Source of the DNA: Camelus dromedarius
Lineage: Eukaryota
DNA length: 64,000 bases
Direction: 5' to 3'
NCBI RefSeq assembly: GCF_036321535.1
Contig: NC_087437.1
Location: 107,386,001 to 107,450,000, forward strand
Part shown: piece by piece, positions 12,421 to 24,759 of the stretch
Layout of the letters: each line of letters opens with the position of its first letter
Numbering within the stretch: the first letter of the stretch is position 1
Position numbers and translations under genes: made by a program
Notes under the pieces: model-generated
What the model was told of the DNA's origin: nothing
The model's input: only the letters and a program-made list of their open reading frames with translations
Databases searched by the model: none

Positions 12421-13496
12421 AGAAAATTTTGGTATCTAGAAGTGAGTGCTACCATAACAAATACATAAAAATGTGGGTGAGGAGCTTTGGAATTAAGTTG
12501 GTGGAGTCTGGAATACATTTAAGAAAAGCTTTGAAAATATGGCAGAGAAAGCCCACATTGTCTTTAATAGACTGTAAGTTAAATATGGATTTTATGAGCC
12601 CTTTGATAAGGACTCAAGGAAGTAAAGGAGATGTTATTGGAAGCAGGAGGAAGGGAGAACTTTTCTATGTAATAGCAGAAATTTAAGTGGCATAATCTCT
12701 TACAGTTATGTGGAAAGTGGAGAGTTTTCTCTGGCTGGTAGCAAAAAGGAAAGTCAGAGAGATTCAAAGCATAAGATGGTTTTGATGTGCTATTGCTCAT
12801 TTGTAGATGGAAGGGGCCATGTGCAAGGACCAGAGAGCAGCCTTACACTATTTAGGTAGGGTTTCCATAAAGAGGACCACAGACTGAGTGGCTTAAACAA
12901 CAAAAATTAATTTTCTCAATAATTCTGGAAGCTGTAAATCCAAGATCAAAGTGTCAGTAGGGTTAATTTCTTTTCAGCTTCTCTCTTTAGCTTGTAGATG
13001 GTCATCTTCTCCCTGTGTTTTTTTATATAATCTTTGCTCTGTACATACCTGACCCCAAATTTCCTCTTATATCAGTTATGTTTGAACAGGACCCACCATA
13101 TAACCTCATTTTACCTTAATAACCCATTTAAAGATACTATCTTCAAATGTAGTCACATTCTAAGGTACTGTGTGTTAAAATTTCAACATATAAAATTTGA
13201 GGTGGACACAACTTAACTCATAACAAACCTCTAGGAGCTGAAAGCAACTTTCAGCCAATAGCTAACAAGAAGATGAGGATGTCAGTCCTAAACCCACAAA
13301 GAACTAGATTCTGCCTCAACAACCTAAATAGGCACAGATGACATTCTTCCCCAGAACCACCAGATAAACAACCAGATTGGCCAACACCTTAGTTTTGGCA
13401 GCCTTCCTTGACTTCTGACTTGCAGACTTCTGAGAGAATTTTCTTAAGCCTCTAAGCGAATGGCAATTTGAAATGCAGCAATAGAAAATTTACACA
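12421..13496 (+). mobile_element. MLT1-internal fragment followed by an MLT1E-like LTR, which is interrupted at 12844-13225
   Basis: 'gaaaattttggtatctagaagtgagtgctaccataacaaatacataaaaatgtgg...gctttggaatt' is the MaLR-int start. 'ggaaggggccatgtgcaaggaccagagagcagcct|ctaggagctgaaagc...gcaatagaaaatttacaca' is an MLT1E-type LTR. Confidence 0.7.
12844..13225 (-). mobile_element. MLT1A/B-like solo LTR nested in the MLT1E-like LTR
   Basis: 'accacagactgagtggcttaaacaaca...aaatccaagatcaaagtgtcagtaggg...agtcacattctaaggtactg...taaca'. Flanked by a 5-bp TSD with one mismatch: agcct 12839-12843 and aacct 13226-13230. Confidence 0.85.
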
Positions 13497-13898
13497 AACA
13501 CCTATACCAGTGACCAGTCATGATTTAAAGCCTTGCAAAATAAAGATTAAGTAAAATAAACTACACTCCCCACCACTGCAGTTGATACCAACCTCATAAT
13601 TTTTCTCTTCTTTCTATCCATTCTAAATTTCTCTCTCCTCTGATAGCACTTCTGTGTGTCTGGTTTGCTTGCCCATAGCATGAGCAGGGGATCCAGATAA
13701 GATCATACGGGTATAGAGGGCATAACTTCCATGTTACTTACCTCTGTTGTACTTATTCCTTTTCTTTTTTTTTTACATCTTTCCTTGAGTTGCAGGAAGG
13801 GACTTTACAATGACCCAAAAGAGAAAGGAAAGATATCGACTTGCTTCATGAACCAGCTCAGTGTGTTGCTGAGGGCTAGAAACGGACAACTATCACAC

Positions 13899-14283
13899 TA
13901 TTATGGAATGAATGTTTGTACCATCCACACCCAACCAGCCTCACTTTATATATTGAAGCTCTAACCCTCAAGTTCATGGTATTAGAAAGTGTGACCTTTG
14001 GGAGGTAATTAGTTTTAGCTGCCATCATGAGAATGGAGCCCCCATGATGGAATTAGTGCCCTTATAAAAAGAGGAAGGAACTCCAGAACTTATTTTCTCT
14101 GCCACAAGAGGAGAGGACACAGTGAAAAGGTAGCCATTTGCAAGCCAGGAAGTGGGCTCTTACCAATAACAAAATCTACTGACCTTGATCTTGGACCTCC
14201 TAGCTTCCATAACTATGAGAAATAAATGTCTGCTGTTTAAGCCACCCAGCATTTTGTTATAGAGGACTGAGCTGACTAAGGCA
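13899..14283 (+). mobile_element. MLT1A-like solo LTR
   Basis: 'ttatggaatgaatgtttgt...attagtgcccttataaaaagagg...gagaaataaatgtctgctgtttaagccacccag...gactaag'. Perfect 5-bp TSD cacac at 13894-13898 and 14284-14288. Confidence 0.9.
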
Positions 14284-14369
14284 CACACTTTAGGCCCACT
14301 GAACTTGAGCCTCAAAAACAATGATGTGGTGGAATCTTCCCACGGGCAGATCTGCATTTTTGAGTGAAG

Positions 14370-17300
14370 TCCCACTTACTAATTCCTTATGCCTTGCCCA
14401 TTGTGATTGTTAATGAGTTAAGATGTCTCTAAACATGCCCCAAGGAATTCCTTGACACTTAGGCCTCTATTTTTTTTTTAACAGCAATCTAATTTCCTCA
14501 TGATAATCTGGGTTGATTATAATTGTCAGCACAGTAACATCTTTTTTTTTCCAAGTCTACTGGCATGAAGAGCCCAAAATGATTACATGGAATTAGTAAT
14601 TTTTAAGTTCCTTCCTTACTATTTTAAGTTAAATCCTTACTACTGCTCTTGGTAGAAGAGCCCTCCCTACCCTTCCCATCCTTCACCTGGAATCTGTACT
14701 TCTAGTTCAGCAGGGCTTTAATGTCATTGGGAAGAGAAGTACACATTATTTCAGTGGGTCCCTGAAAATGATGTCATAGGCGCCATACTTCTTTCTACCT
14801 CTTGATTCTCAAACAGATGTGCTCTGCCTGAGTTACAGTACCATGGCATGGCTACATGACTCTAAGTATATATCCTGTGTTGAATGAAAATGCCCCAGTG
14901 TCGTAGGCTGTCATAAACATACAATCAACATTGAACTGTGCCTTTCAGAAGCTGTTGCAATGCCCTATCAGGCAGGCAACTTCATGGCGATGAAGTACAT
15001 GCTACAAATTATCGACCCTGTGACCATTTGCTTAGGGTCACAGGTCCTTCTTACGTTTTGGTCCCTTGGTTCAAGGTAATATTTGCTGTTATGCAGAATC
15101 ACAGAATTTTTAATGAGTTTGCATCTTGCTGCTGGTCAAGACACGGTAAACATAACAGGCAAGCCAATACTGAGATAACATAAGGGAAAACTGCTGCTTC
15201 TCCACATTCCAGTGTTGAAGAATGCACATCTTTTGTGCCCGTGTCACTGCTCATAAGAGAGAGCTGGCTGGTCTCAAAGGTTTTTTTTTCAGTCTGCTCT
15301 TGATAGGCTAAACATTTAGCAGCAGTGAAACTTGGTGAGGCTTGGTGAAAAGGATTAAAAGATTTTACTCTTGGGCCTGTGCTTACCCTGTCTACCAGTT
15401 ACTTAGGGATGGGCCCATTATGCATACACTGGGGTGGCTGGTGACAAAGGCTGTCTTGCTTCCACTGGTTGGGTCATCCTGTGTATGGGTCTGTTTAGTG
15501 CCTTCCAGATTTTGCTGTTTCCAGGCAGTTGACTATGCAGCTCGGTCATTAAGTGCTGCTCAGGACTTCATTAACTTCATTGGCCACTTTTCTTTCAACA
15601 CAAAGTTCATGATCACAAAATTTTTTCAAAGTTCTTCCCAATGACACATTTTCTCTCTCATCGGTATCTTTTAAGGTCATTCCAGAATGAAGCTGCCGTG
15701 TGACAACAGTCCATTTTGACTCACAGCAACATGTCGAACTGATCCATCCAAAAACTAGGATAGGTTTTTTATCCTCTCTGTCATCTGGTTATTGGGAATC
15801 CACCACAAGTTCATAGATTTGAGCTAAAGGATTGGTCTCAGAGAAAGAGACATAAGTAACTTGAAATCTTGGTCATCCACTTGTATAATTTGTTCAGGCT
15901 TAATACTCAACCACTTTCTTTCATTTGATAGATGTTCCTGTGCTTAACCTAACTTACAATTTAGTGGATCTGACAACATCCAGCTTTTGATGGGCGTCTC
16001 CTATCACATTGCTGTTAGGTAGTTAGATAAGTAGGGGCACTGGGCAGATAGGTGGAGGGGAGGGAGGATGGTCTGGAAGATGACGTTATGCCCGCCTCCA
16101 GTATAAAAGGGCTGTACTTCTACACAAGCGCCAACAAGAACTGGTTAGAACCCTACAGGCACAACTGTGCGGTAGCAGAAAGGACTTAACCAGACACAAC
16201 CTAATGCTCATTGTATTATAATTAACACTGCAGTCTAGCTCCCCTACCCCAATGAGTTTTTCTGTGTACACCGTGGGTAAGGACATGCGCAAAGGGGCCA
16301 AACATGACTAAGCATTTCAGGGATAAGAACTGTCAATCAAGAAACCACCTTTAAGCAAGGATAAAATAAAATGAGGAGACAAAAACTGCTGCTTTTCCTC
16401 CCCCGGATCAGCCTGCCTCCCATTCTTGGGGGTGCACTTTTCCTTCCTTTTTAAATAAATCTTTTGCTACACGATGCACCATCTGCCGACTGCAAACTTG
16501 TCTTTCATGTGTGACAAGAACTGAGGTCTTTACCTCGGGGGGTAGCACTGCCACTTGATATCATATGTTCTGCTGCTTAGACTCTAGTAGGGCCTAGTAG
16601 CATATAAGAAGCTGTTTCTTCTCTGCTAAAAGATGGTGTAGCTTTGCTCTAATATCTAGGTCTATGCTGTCATTTTCTCTGTTGTTTGCCAGAGATGGGA
16701 CATAATGTCCTGTTTACCAAAAACACCTCCTGCACCGTGGAATTGGCTAAATCATTTGAACCAAGTGGAAGAGTTATTTGGACCACAGCCCTGAAACTAC
16801 TGCAGAATGATCTCTCTCTGGGCCACATTCAAGGCTGTCTGCCTTCTGAGTCCTTCAGGGGCCCTTCATGGGTAAAACAGTATTCCCAAGTGCGGTACCC
16901 CTTGTTTCCAAAATTCAAAGAGGCCAGTTGAGGTTATCAGCACCCCACTTTTCACCATCTGAGGTGGACTGGCGTACAAGTGAGGAGATACTGGTTGGTT
17001 TTGTAATCGCTCTTCACAGGAAATACGTGGGATAAATAATCATTATAAAGAGTATCAAATTGGTTAGCTGTTGTCAGTGGCCATCCAGGCTCTGAAGGAA
17101 GACAATAGGAAACTATCAGATAAGGTCTCAGCGTGAAAACAGAAGCTATTCTTTGCAGCATTTAAAAAGACTCACATTTTCTTCAGTTGAAGAGCAGAAT
17201 ACACTGAAAACCAGGCTGGAGATTTGAAATTAAGAGGGTTAGAGTTGAAAGGTCCTCTTCTTGGCAAATTCTTCTGTCTTGAATTCTGGGCCCTGGTAGG

Positions 17301-17430
17301 GCAGTGCTAGAATCCTGAGCCTGGATGGAGACACTTGAGAGAACACACTTGAGTGCTATGTGCCAGCGGGGGTACATCCCCTCCCTCCGTCTTGATAGTC
17401 CCACATTGACTGAAACTATGGAAAAGATTC
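14370..17430 (-). mobile_element. Decayed ERVL internal region (pol: RT connection, RNase H, integrase remnants)
   Basis: Minus-strand translations: PHLGILFYP...LECGPERD...AVVQITLPLGSND (about 16740-16895; compare ERVL PHLG.LL.PIY...FEWGPEQ..LPLGPYD); FLDGSVRHVA (about 15725-15755; compare WFTDGSARYAG); HVLHRHEVACLIGHCNSF*KAQ (14936-15001; compare HVPHHPEAAGLIERWNGLLK). Many stops and frameshifts. Confidence 0.8.
16013..16547 (+). mobile_element. Class-I ERV (ERV1) solo LTR inserted into the ERVL pol remnant
   Basis: TG...CA termini (tgttagg ... ggtagca), 4-bp TSD ttgc/ctgc with one mismatch, AATAAA near 16454, U5 motif 'tctttcatgtgtgacaagaac'. More CpG than the flanks suggests a younger element. 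Confidence 0.85.
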
Positions 17431-19053
17431 ACTCAAGATAGATGCTTCTCAAGATAAATGTCCTCACTATCAATTCTTACTTCTCCTAATTGCTCTTTAG
17501 CAAACCATATAGATCAAATCTTAACATAGCATGACTAGGAAAATCACATTCCTGCCAAGGGAAGACAGGGACCATTCAACATATAGCTGCAGACCTGGCT
17601 AGTACGTACCGACAAGAAGTGGACAAACCTACCTGGGGATGGATCTTGAAGGTGCTGGATTAGGAAGAACAGACTGCAAGTCTGGAGAATGTGACTCCAT
17701 TCATATGGCCACAATCAGGAAAAAACAGAGCACTCATCCACTGTATCTACAGGTATTTATTGTATATTGTGTGTGCCTATTTTTCCCCAAATTTGCCTTC
17801 CTAAAAGATTGGAAATCCTTTGAGGCTTAGGATAAAATCATGGCTGACCTGCCTTTTACTTTCTACAATTTGAATAAATACTATGCATTGAATAACTGGT
17901 AGAGGAAAAATACATGAAGAAAGCAGTAAACCACTGGAAGGTATTATGATGGGCATGTCATTGATTCCGATTTGCACCAATTACGCCTGAAAGTAGATGT
18001 TTTGCAATATGAGCTAGTTCTAATAGAGAAGCCCTAATGAAATTCTTAAAGAGAAAGTTGCACCTAATTTGATTTATAATTTTGATTGGTGAAGACAAAG
18101 TTTTCATAAGAGTTGTAAATTTCTACTCTTATTATAGGCACGTCAGATGATACAAAAGAGGAGTTACAAATGGAACTATAAGCAAGCAAAATGTCACTGT
18201 TAAAAAGAAGAAAAGGGAAAATACTTCCAGATTCTAGAAATAATTGATAGCTTGGAAAAATCCACCTGGCCAGTGAGCTTTCCTCAGTCTGCAAACACTG
18301 AATAGCATATTTTCATTATAAACTTACAGCCAAAGTGTAAGACTAAACTCTGAAATGCCTGTGATTGCTCATGTGGGCAGGGACTGCTATGACTGGCTGG
18401 GTTTCAGGACTGAGTGTCTGTAGACGGTGCAGTGCCAAGAGGTGTTAGCTCAGAGCCAATCTCCTCCAAGCATCTCAGAGGTTTGACTGAACCAGGGGGT
18501 CCAGGATTCTTCATTTGGTTTCACCATTGAATCTACTTCCTTCTCCATGTCACTTGCCTTCGAAGATCTCCTGGCCCTTGAAAATAGGAACTGGATGTTC
18601 TCCAAGAATCTCACAGGGAAAAGAAATAGAATTACAACCCATGGAATAAAGCACATTTAGTGGTCATTGGGAACAGCAACTGTTTTTCATGAAAGTTTAT
18701 TTCCTTTGTCCTCAGAACTTCTAATTTTTCTTCTGCTAAACATTCTTTTTAGAAACCCTAACAATTTAATTCTGGTGTCCATATGGAGATACATATATAT
18801 ATTTATATTATTTCATTTTTCCTAGGAATACCTCTTCTGAAAACCTAAATTAACAAGTGGAAGGAAGCAAAGCGTGCTGCTTTTCTGGCCTCTGCTTAAT
18901 TATACACCTGAATCTTAACCAGAAGAGCACGCCTTTCGCTGGGAAAGCAGAATCATCTTTTAACGAGTCAGAGGAAAATTAGAAAGCATACTCGGTTGTG
19001 ACAGGTTTTACTTATTTATTACTACCCAATCACAGGCTAAAGTATAAATATAG

Positions 19054-19335
19054 TGCTGAGATAGTGTGATTTATAATAAGAAACATTTATTTTCTCTTTG
19101 ACCCTGTTTCTGGAATAAGCTCCAAAAACTCTTAGAATTTCCTAAATGCTGAGGGCTATAAGGGTGTCTTTTGTTATGTTAATGAGGTGACTTTGGGACC
19201 TCACTCTCGAGGAGGGGAGCTGGTTGCCATGACAACCAACCAACCAAGTAATTAGAGGGTTGAAACTTTCAGTCCCATGATGCCTCTGCCCCACTTCTAG
19301 GGGAGGAATGGGGGACTGGAGATCAAGTTCAATTT
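19054..19335 (+). mobile_element. MER21-like LTR fragment
   Basis: 'ccctgtttctggaataagctccaaaaactcttagaatttcctaaatg...gtgtcttttgttatgttaatgag...aaccaaccaagtaattagagggttgaaactttcagtccca' resembles recalled MER21. Confidence 0.7.
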
Positions 19336-19546
19336 TCAAACCTGTTCCACCTGTTCTTTTTCCTCTACTGTGAAATCTCTCCAAAGGCATCACTCTTGGT
19401 GCTGAGTTGCTCTGGTCTAGGGTATGGGGTATGCTTTTCTATGCAGCCACCCTTTGTTTTTTGTGCTCCACAGAGTTTTACTGCTTCTTCACTGTAAGAC
19501 AGATTTCCCAGACATACTTTAGTTGCTTTAAAGTTATTTGTTCTTT

Positions 19547-19582
19547 ATGTGTATGTGTGTGTGTGTGTGTGAGAGAGAGAGA
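19547..19582. repeat. (TG)n(GA)n microsatellite
   Basis: Directly visible. Confidence 0.9.
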
Positions 19583-22189
19583 TGGGTGTTGGACCTCCTC
19601 ATCCTCCAGCTTGCTAACATCACCTGTCATAGTACAAATTTAGAAAAGAAATCTCCCATAATAGAAAAAAAAGATAACTGATTAATTTATTTTTATTAAA
19701 ACCTATAATATTAAAGAAAATTATGTGCTCTCATAAAACAACACAACATTGTTGAAGATTTTACATAATTAATAACTTCATGCTTAAAGGTGACACTTTT
19801 TTTATTAATAGAACTTATTTGAAACTTTTCTTGTTTTTTGCTTTCAGGGAAAATTGCACCATGCCATAGCTGAATAATACTTGAGCTATTTTCTAAAGCT
19901 TTACATGTTTGCTGTAAAAATAAGTAGAAGAGCTTATTTATTCCCAAATGGGAAATAGATTAAGAAAGAATCTGACTTCTGAAAGTTTGCCAGTTCAAGT
20001 AAATTTGGGACTAGCCAGTTTAATGAAGAGTCTGCCTCATTCTTTTCCTGCAGAGTCCAAAGGTATATGTGGAAAATATACAGTCAGTAGCATACTCTAA
20101 GTTATTCAGGAGTATGAGGGCTTTGAAAGTATAAAATAATGGAATTGGCAGAGAGAATCAGATGATTTCTCTTTCATGATCAACTACTGTACGAGCCAGT
20201 ATACTAGTGGCAGGAGCCCCAGTGAAATGCCTCGGCACCTGAACCACATGCTTAACTAGGTACTTTATCCCCCAAATCACATACATTAAGACTCACTAGG
20301 ACAATAGGACTGCCTGACATTTTATATGGTTGATAACCATAGTAATCCTTTATAGGCTGATATTCTGAGAGTAGAAAATTTTTTAAATGATGTTTTCCAA
20401 CCATTCTTTTGGTTTATAGAAATTTAAATTGATGCTAAAATAGCTAAATCACTGTAGATTTTAAGAAATGTTCTTAAGTAGTTTCAAAGGAAGCTCTGGA
20501 GACAATGTGAAGGCAGGATTTCATATTAAATATCAACTCATTAAAATCTCACAAATCAAACAAATCACTTCAATAAATTTGCCTTGAAAATGTCTTTCTA
20601 CTTTTCATTTGGGATTATTTAGTTTATTTTCACTGAAAATTCTCACTGATTTAAAAAAAAATTTCAAAGAAAAAGTTTATTTCCAGAATGAAATACTTCC
20701 AGAAGAGTGAGTACTTTCTTATCAGCTGATTAAATTTAAAATTTAGCATAAATATATTCACTTAGGATTGTCTAAAATGAGATGTTAGATCTGTCTGGAA
20801 AGTAACTTTTCCTTATATTTTTACTTATTTTCTTCTTTTCTTTGACTTCCTCTTTTGTTGTCTCTATCTTCACAGCATGCAGCTTGGGTGACTGTACAGG
20901 GCATGGATAGTGGTACCCGACATTTCCTGCACTCTTGTAAAGCTATCTCTGTGTGATCTCAACTCTTCAACTGCACACCCCCTTCTTGACCTAGGTAGCT
21001 TTCCGCAGGACAAGGAGCTGTACGCTGGCAGATTTTGTTGTGAATATATTGAAGAGATCTACATGGTGTGTTTTTTGACTGTATCATTTAAGCCAACATC
21101 TGTTCGTTATTGTTGTTGTTTGGTTGTTTGGTTTTGCTGAGTGCTTTTCAATAGGTGATGAGGAAAATGAAATTTCATATTGTATTGAAATCAGTACACA
21201 GGCTCACCACACAGTCCCAATGACTTAATTATTGCAACTTAGTAGACAGTTCTCAGTGGGTTAAGTTCTGGTACCTCTAACCAGATTTCAGCTTCGAGAC
21301 TAATTCCAGTCTAATTTCTGTTTTTCAGCTCTCTTTCCTGGACCCTTTAATCTAGAGTCACTAATTATTTGTGGCATGTTGTATGATAGTTATGGTTATG
21401 CTAGATACATATTTGTGATGAGACAAGAATATTTTATTAGTAGTTGCCATCAGAATTCCTTTTAGAAAAGCAAATGACTTTATTCAGAGAAAAAGAAAAC
21501 AAAACTTCTTGACAAGTGATTGAGAGAAGGTGAGATCTTCAGGGACCTAGAAGTTGTTGAAAATGTCTTAAGTGAGATTAAAAATGATAATAATCATCTA
21601 CCTGTTAATCTAGGAGAGAAACAACGAAGGGAGTGGAGCTATGGTAGAAAGCTGTATGGAATTCAAAGTAACTCCACCCATTATCCCCCAGATGTTGGGT
21701 GAAGTTGCCAAACTGAGAAATGCTTGTTGGGAGAAGGTGTGAGTGTGCATATGTGCTGTGTGTCTGTGGGTGTGTACACACACCAGCAATAGGGCTGGGT
21801 ACTGAGCTGACACAGGACAAAAACCCACACAAACATGCACATGTGTAGTCAGAGGAAACCTCGAAAACCTTAGTCTTGGCAGATTCCAGAAACCATGAGG
21901 AGGGTTCTGGATAATCATGGACTGTGAAATTGTGTGTCAGGCCTGATTTCACTAGATCTCCAAGGAGCAGAAAGATTCAAGATAATGTATGTTCCATTTG
22001 AGACTGATAAATAAATGAGGAAAGATTTCTTGGAAAGAGAACAGAACTGGGAGTCAACCCTTGGTTCTGGATTTTCTCCTGATTAAGGAGAAATAAACAT
22101 CATTTAAATTGTAAAATGAGAACAGTTTTTGGACTAGAGTGAGCCAAAAAATTCTTCCCTCACTTTGAGTCCATAGAGATCTTCTCTTA

Positions 22190-22370
22190 TATTTTTCTCT
22201 ATTAGCTATGCATTTTTTTTCACATGTAGATATTTATTCCATCTGAAGTTAATTTTGGGATGTGATGTGAAGGGACCCAAATCTATTTTTTTTTTCCTTT
22301 CTAATGAGCTGATCTTGCCAATATCATTGAAAAATAATGCATCTTTCCCCCAGTGCTTTGTGATGCCCGC
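22190..22370 (-). mobile_element. Old L1 (L1M) ORF2 fragment
   Basis: 'tttattccatctgaagttaattttgggatgtgatgtgaaggg...tttcccccagtgctttgtgatgcc' is antisense L1 ORF2-like. Confidence 0.6.
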
Positions 22371-23469
22371 TCCTCACCACATGTTTTTCATCCCACCATA
22401 AATTTGTTGGAATCTCATTATCTGATGACCCTTCTCATGATCTGATTGTAGATTTATAGCTTTTTTTCTTTTGAAAAATTAGTAGGCAGTATATTTCAGA
22501 GGATTTAAAAGGTACTAAATGTGATTCATGTAACATCTTTGAAATGTTATGAAATAGAAATACCAAAAATATTAAACCCCAAACCACAATGTCTTAATAG
22601 GAAGAGCTCACAGAAAAGTATCATTTGGATTCATGTATTAAGTCTTCAAATCAGGAAGCATTTATCGAATACCCACAATATGCCACACAGTGACTGAAGC
22701 TCTAGGAATATAGAAATAAATTTAGAAATAAATTAAGACTGAGGGCTGTCATAGGTGTTGTCTTATTTACCTTTATTGGCCCACTGTCTTCCAATCAAAC
22801 AGTTTTACATATAAAACTCTGTGCTAAGCAATCATTGTCATGAGGTATTAGTTGGGTCTTAGAGTTTAGAAAAAATGAAAGAACTGAAATTTACTTGTTC
22901 AGCCCACTGCAAATCATGTAAAATGGTGGCAACGATTAGAGGAAGACACCTGATATTAGAGTTATACATGACAGCATGAAGGGTGACCTGGAAGTCAGAA
23001 ATTCTGAGCATAAAAGAGCACAGCAAAGTAAAGCTATGCATCTAGCATGATGGCAAATTGTCTGACATCCCCCCTTCATTTGGCATAATAATGGTTGTGT
23101 GCCCTTAGTCTTGAAGAAAAGGTAAATTTGCACTAAGTATCTATGGTTAGAAGATAGATACGTTTGATTTTTGTTTTAGAATATATTTTTTTAAAAAAAG
23201 GTTAAGTGTTAGAGTGAAGGGAAATATATATATATATATGTATATAAATATATATATTTAAATTCAACTCTGCTGTCAAACACTGTGATGAATTTTTCAT
23301 AAATATGATTTCATTTACCATGATACATACATGGTAGCAGAGTATGCATTATTGTTTATACTAAAGAACTTACTCTGAACAATTTCAGTAACTCACTCCA
23401 CATCACCAATTAGTGACTGCAGTGGAATTGGAATCATGTCTGCTATTTTGACTTTTTGTGATGTACATA

Positions 23470-23700
23470 AAGTAGTGGCTAAGACCACTATCAAGTCAGA
23501 GGTCCTTGAGTTTGGATCTCAGACTTGATGTTAGCCATTTGGACATAAAAATGATTTAGTCTTTCTGAGACAGAGCTTCCTCACTTGCAAAATGGAAATC
23601 GTAATCCCCAAATCAACTAGTCATGAGGATTTGATGAGATCAAGTACGTAAAACACTGTATATATACGCCAAGCTCTTTGTAATCACTCTATAAATAGAT
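23470..23700 (+). mobile_element. MIR SINE
   Basis: 'agtagtggctaagacc...agtcagaggtccttgagtttgga...tctttctgagacagagcttcctcacttgcaaaatgg...tgaggatttgatgagat'. Confidence 0.65.
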
Positions 23701-24199
23701 CTATTCTATGCCTCTTCATTGGCAAGGCTTGTGTTATCTGACAATACAAGGTTTAAGAGATAGCATAGTCCCTCAGAGTTTAGGAATTCAAAATAAATTA
23801 TTATATTCAGATTAGATTTAATACATGACAAGTAATAAGTGCTTATTTTGTTTTAGTAATTGGCCAATGAATGTGCTTAAGATGTTCTTGTCTGAGCATC
23901 ATCAGTTTCTTCCCTCTTTAACTTTTTAATCCCTGTATCTTCAAACCCTGGAAATAATATTTCAAAGTCTTCTTATTTGTCATCAAAGTACTTGAATGTG
24001 TGTTGAGCGATTGGTACAAAGCTATTGCCAATAATCTGATGGAAAAAAATCAGATCACATAATGTAAGTGGCATTATATGAATAACAACTTATATACTGA
24101 CTAGTAAGAATTAATTTCAAAATATTGAAATTCATATTTTTGTTCAAAATAGATACCCGCAAGACAAACTGCATTTCCAACAACAGATATAAAAATAAA

Positions 24200-24640
24200 T
24201 CCCAACATACTTGCCTTGTTGTTCTATGCTGTTTTCTAATCTCCACAAAGAATCTAGAGTGATCTTCCAAAATACGTCTTAGTTCACATGACTTTCTATT
24301 AAAATCCTCCAGAGCCTTCACAATGCATGTAAAATAAAGCCAATCTTCTTCACAAGGTACTATATGATCTGGATTTTGACTCCCTCTGAACCCTTCTCCT
24401 TCCTTCTGTCTTCCTCCATGCTTACTCCTCAGAAGATTCAATGCTTTTTCTAATGATCCTCGAATATGTCCAGCTCATTTCACACTTAAGAGTCTTTCAC
24501 TGAGAGCACCGTTCCATTTATTGCTGGCTTATTCTCATTCAGTGCAGTATTTCAGTTTCCATTCAAGTGTCTCTTCCTTCTCCATGACTCTTGACTGATA
24601 AACTGCTGTCCCATCATTTTCTGTGCAAAACACTTACTAA
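24200..24640 (+). mobile_element. L2 remnant
   Basis: 'ctccacaaagaatctagagtgatcttccaaaatacg...catgactttctattaaaatcctccagagccttc' is the L2 3' region. It explains the 128-aa minus ORF at 24055-24441. Confidence 0.65.
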
Positions 24641-24759
24641 TATCCACAGGTATATTAGAACCAGAGTATTGAGTAATATATACTTGGTACAATACTATCA
24701 GGAAAAGTTTTTGTTTTATCCCATTTCTGCCTAAAAATATTCTCTATTGTACTTCCCTG

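Noticed and set aside
18138..18181. Possible terminal coding exon after 'ctcttattatag' (TSDDTKEELQMEL*)
   Set aside because: Very short, not recognised, and no upstream coding exons support it.
21520..21952. Overlapping 60-115 aa ORFs
   Set aside because: They are driven partly by TG-rich low-complexity sequence, with no recognisable protein or consistent splice structure.
24055..24441. 128-aa minus-strand ORF
   Set aside because: It lies largely antisense to an L2 remnant and has no recognisable domain.
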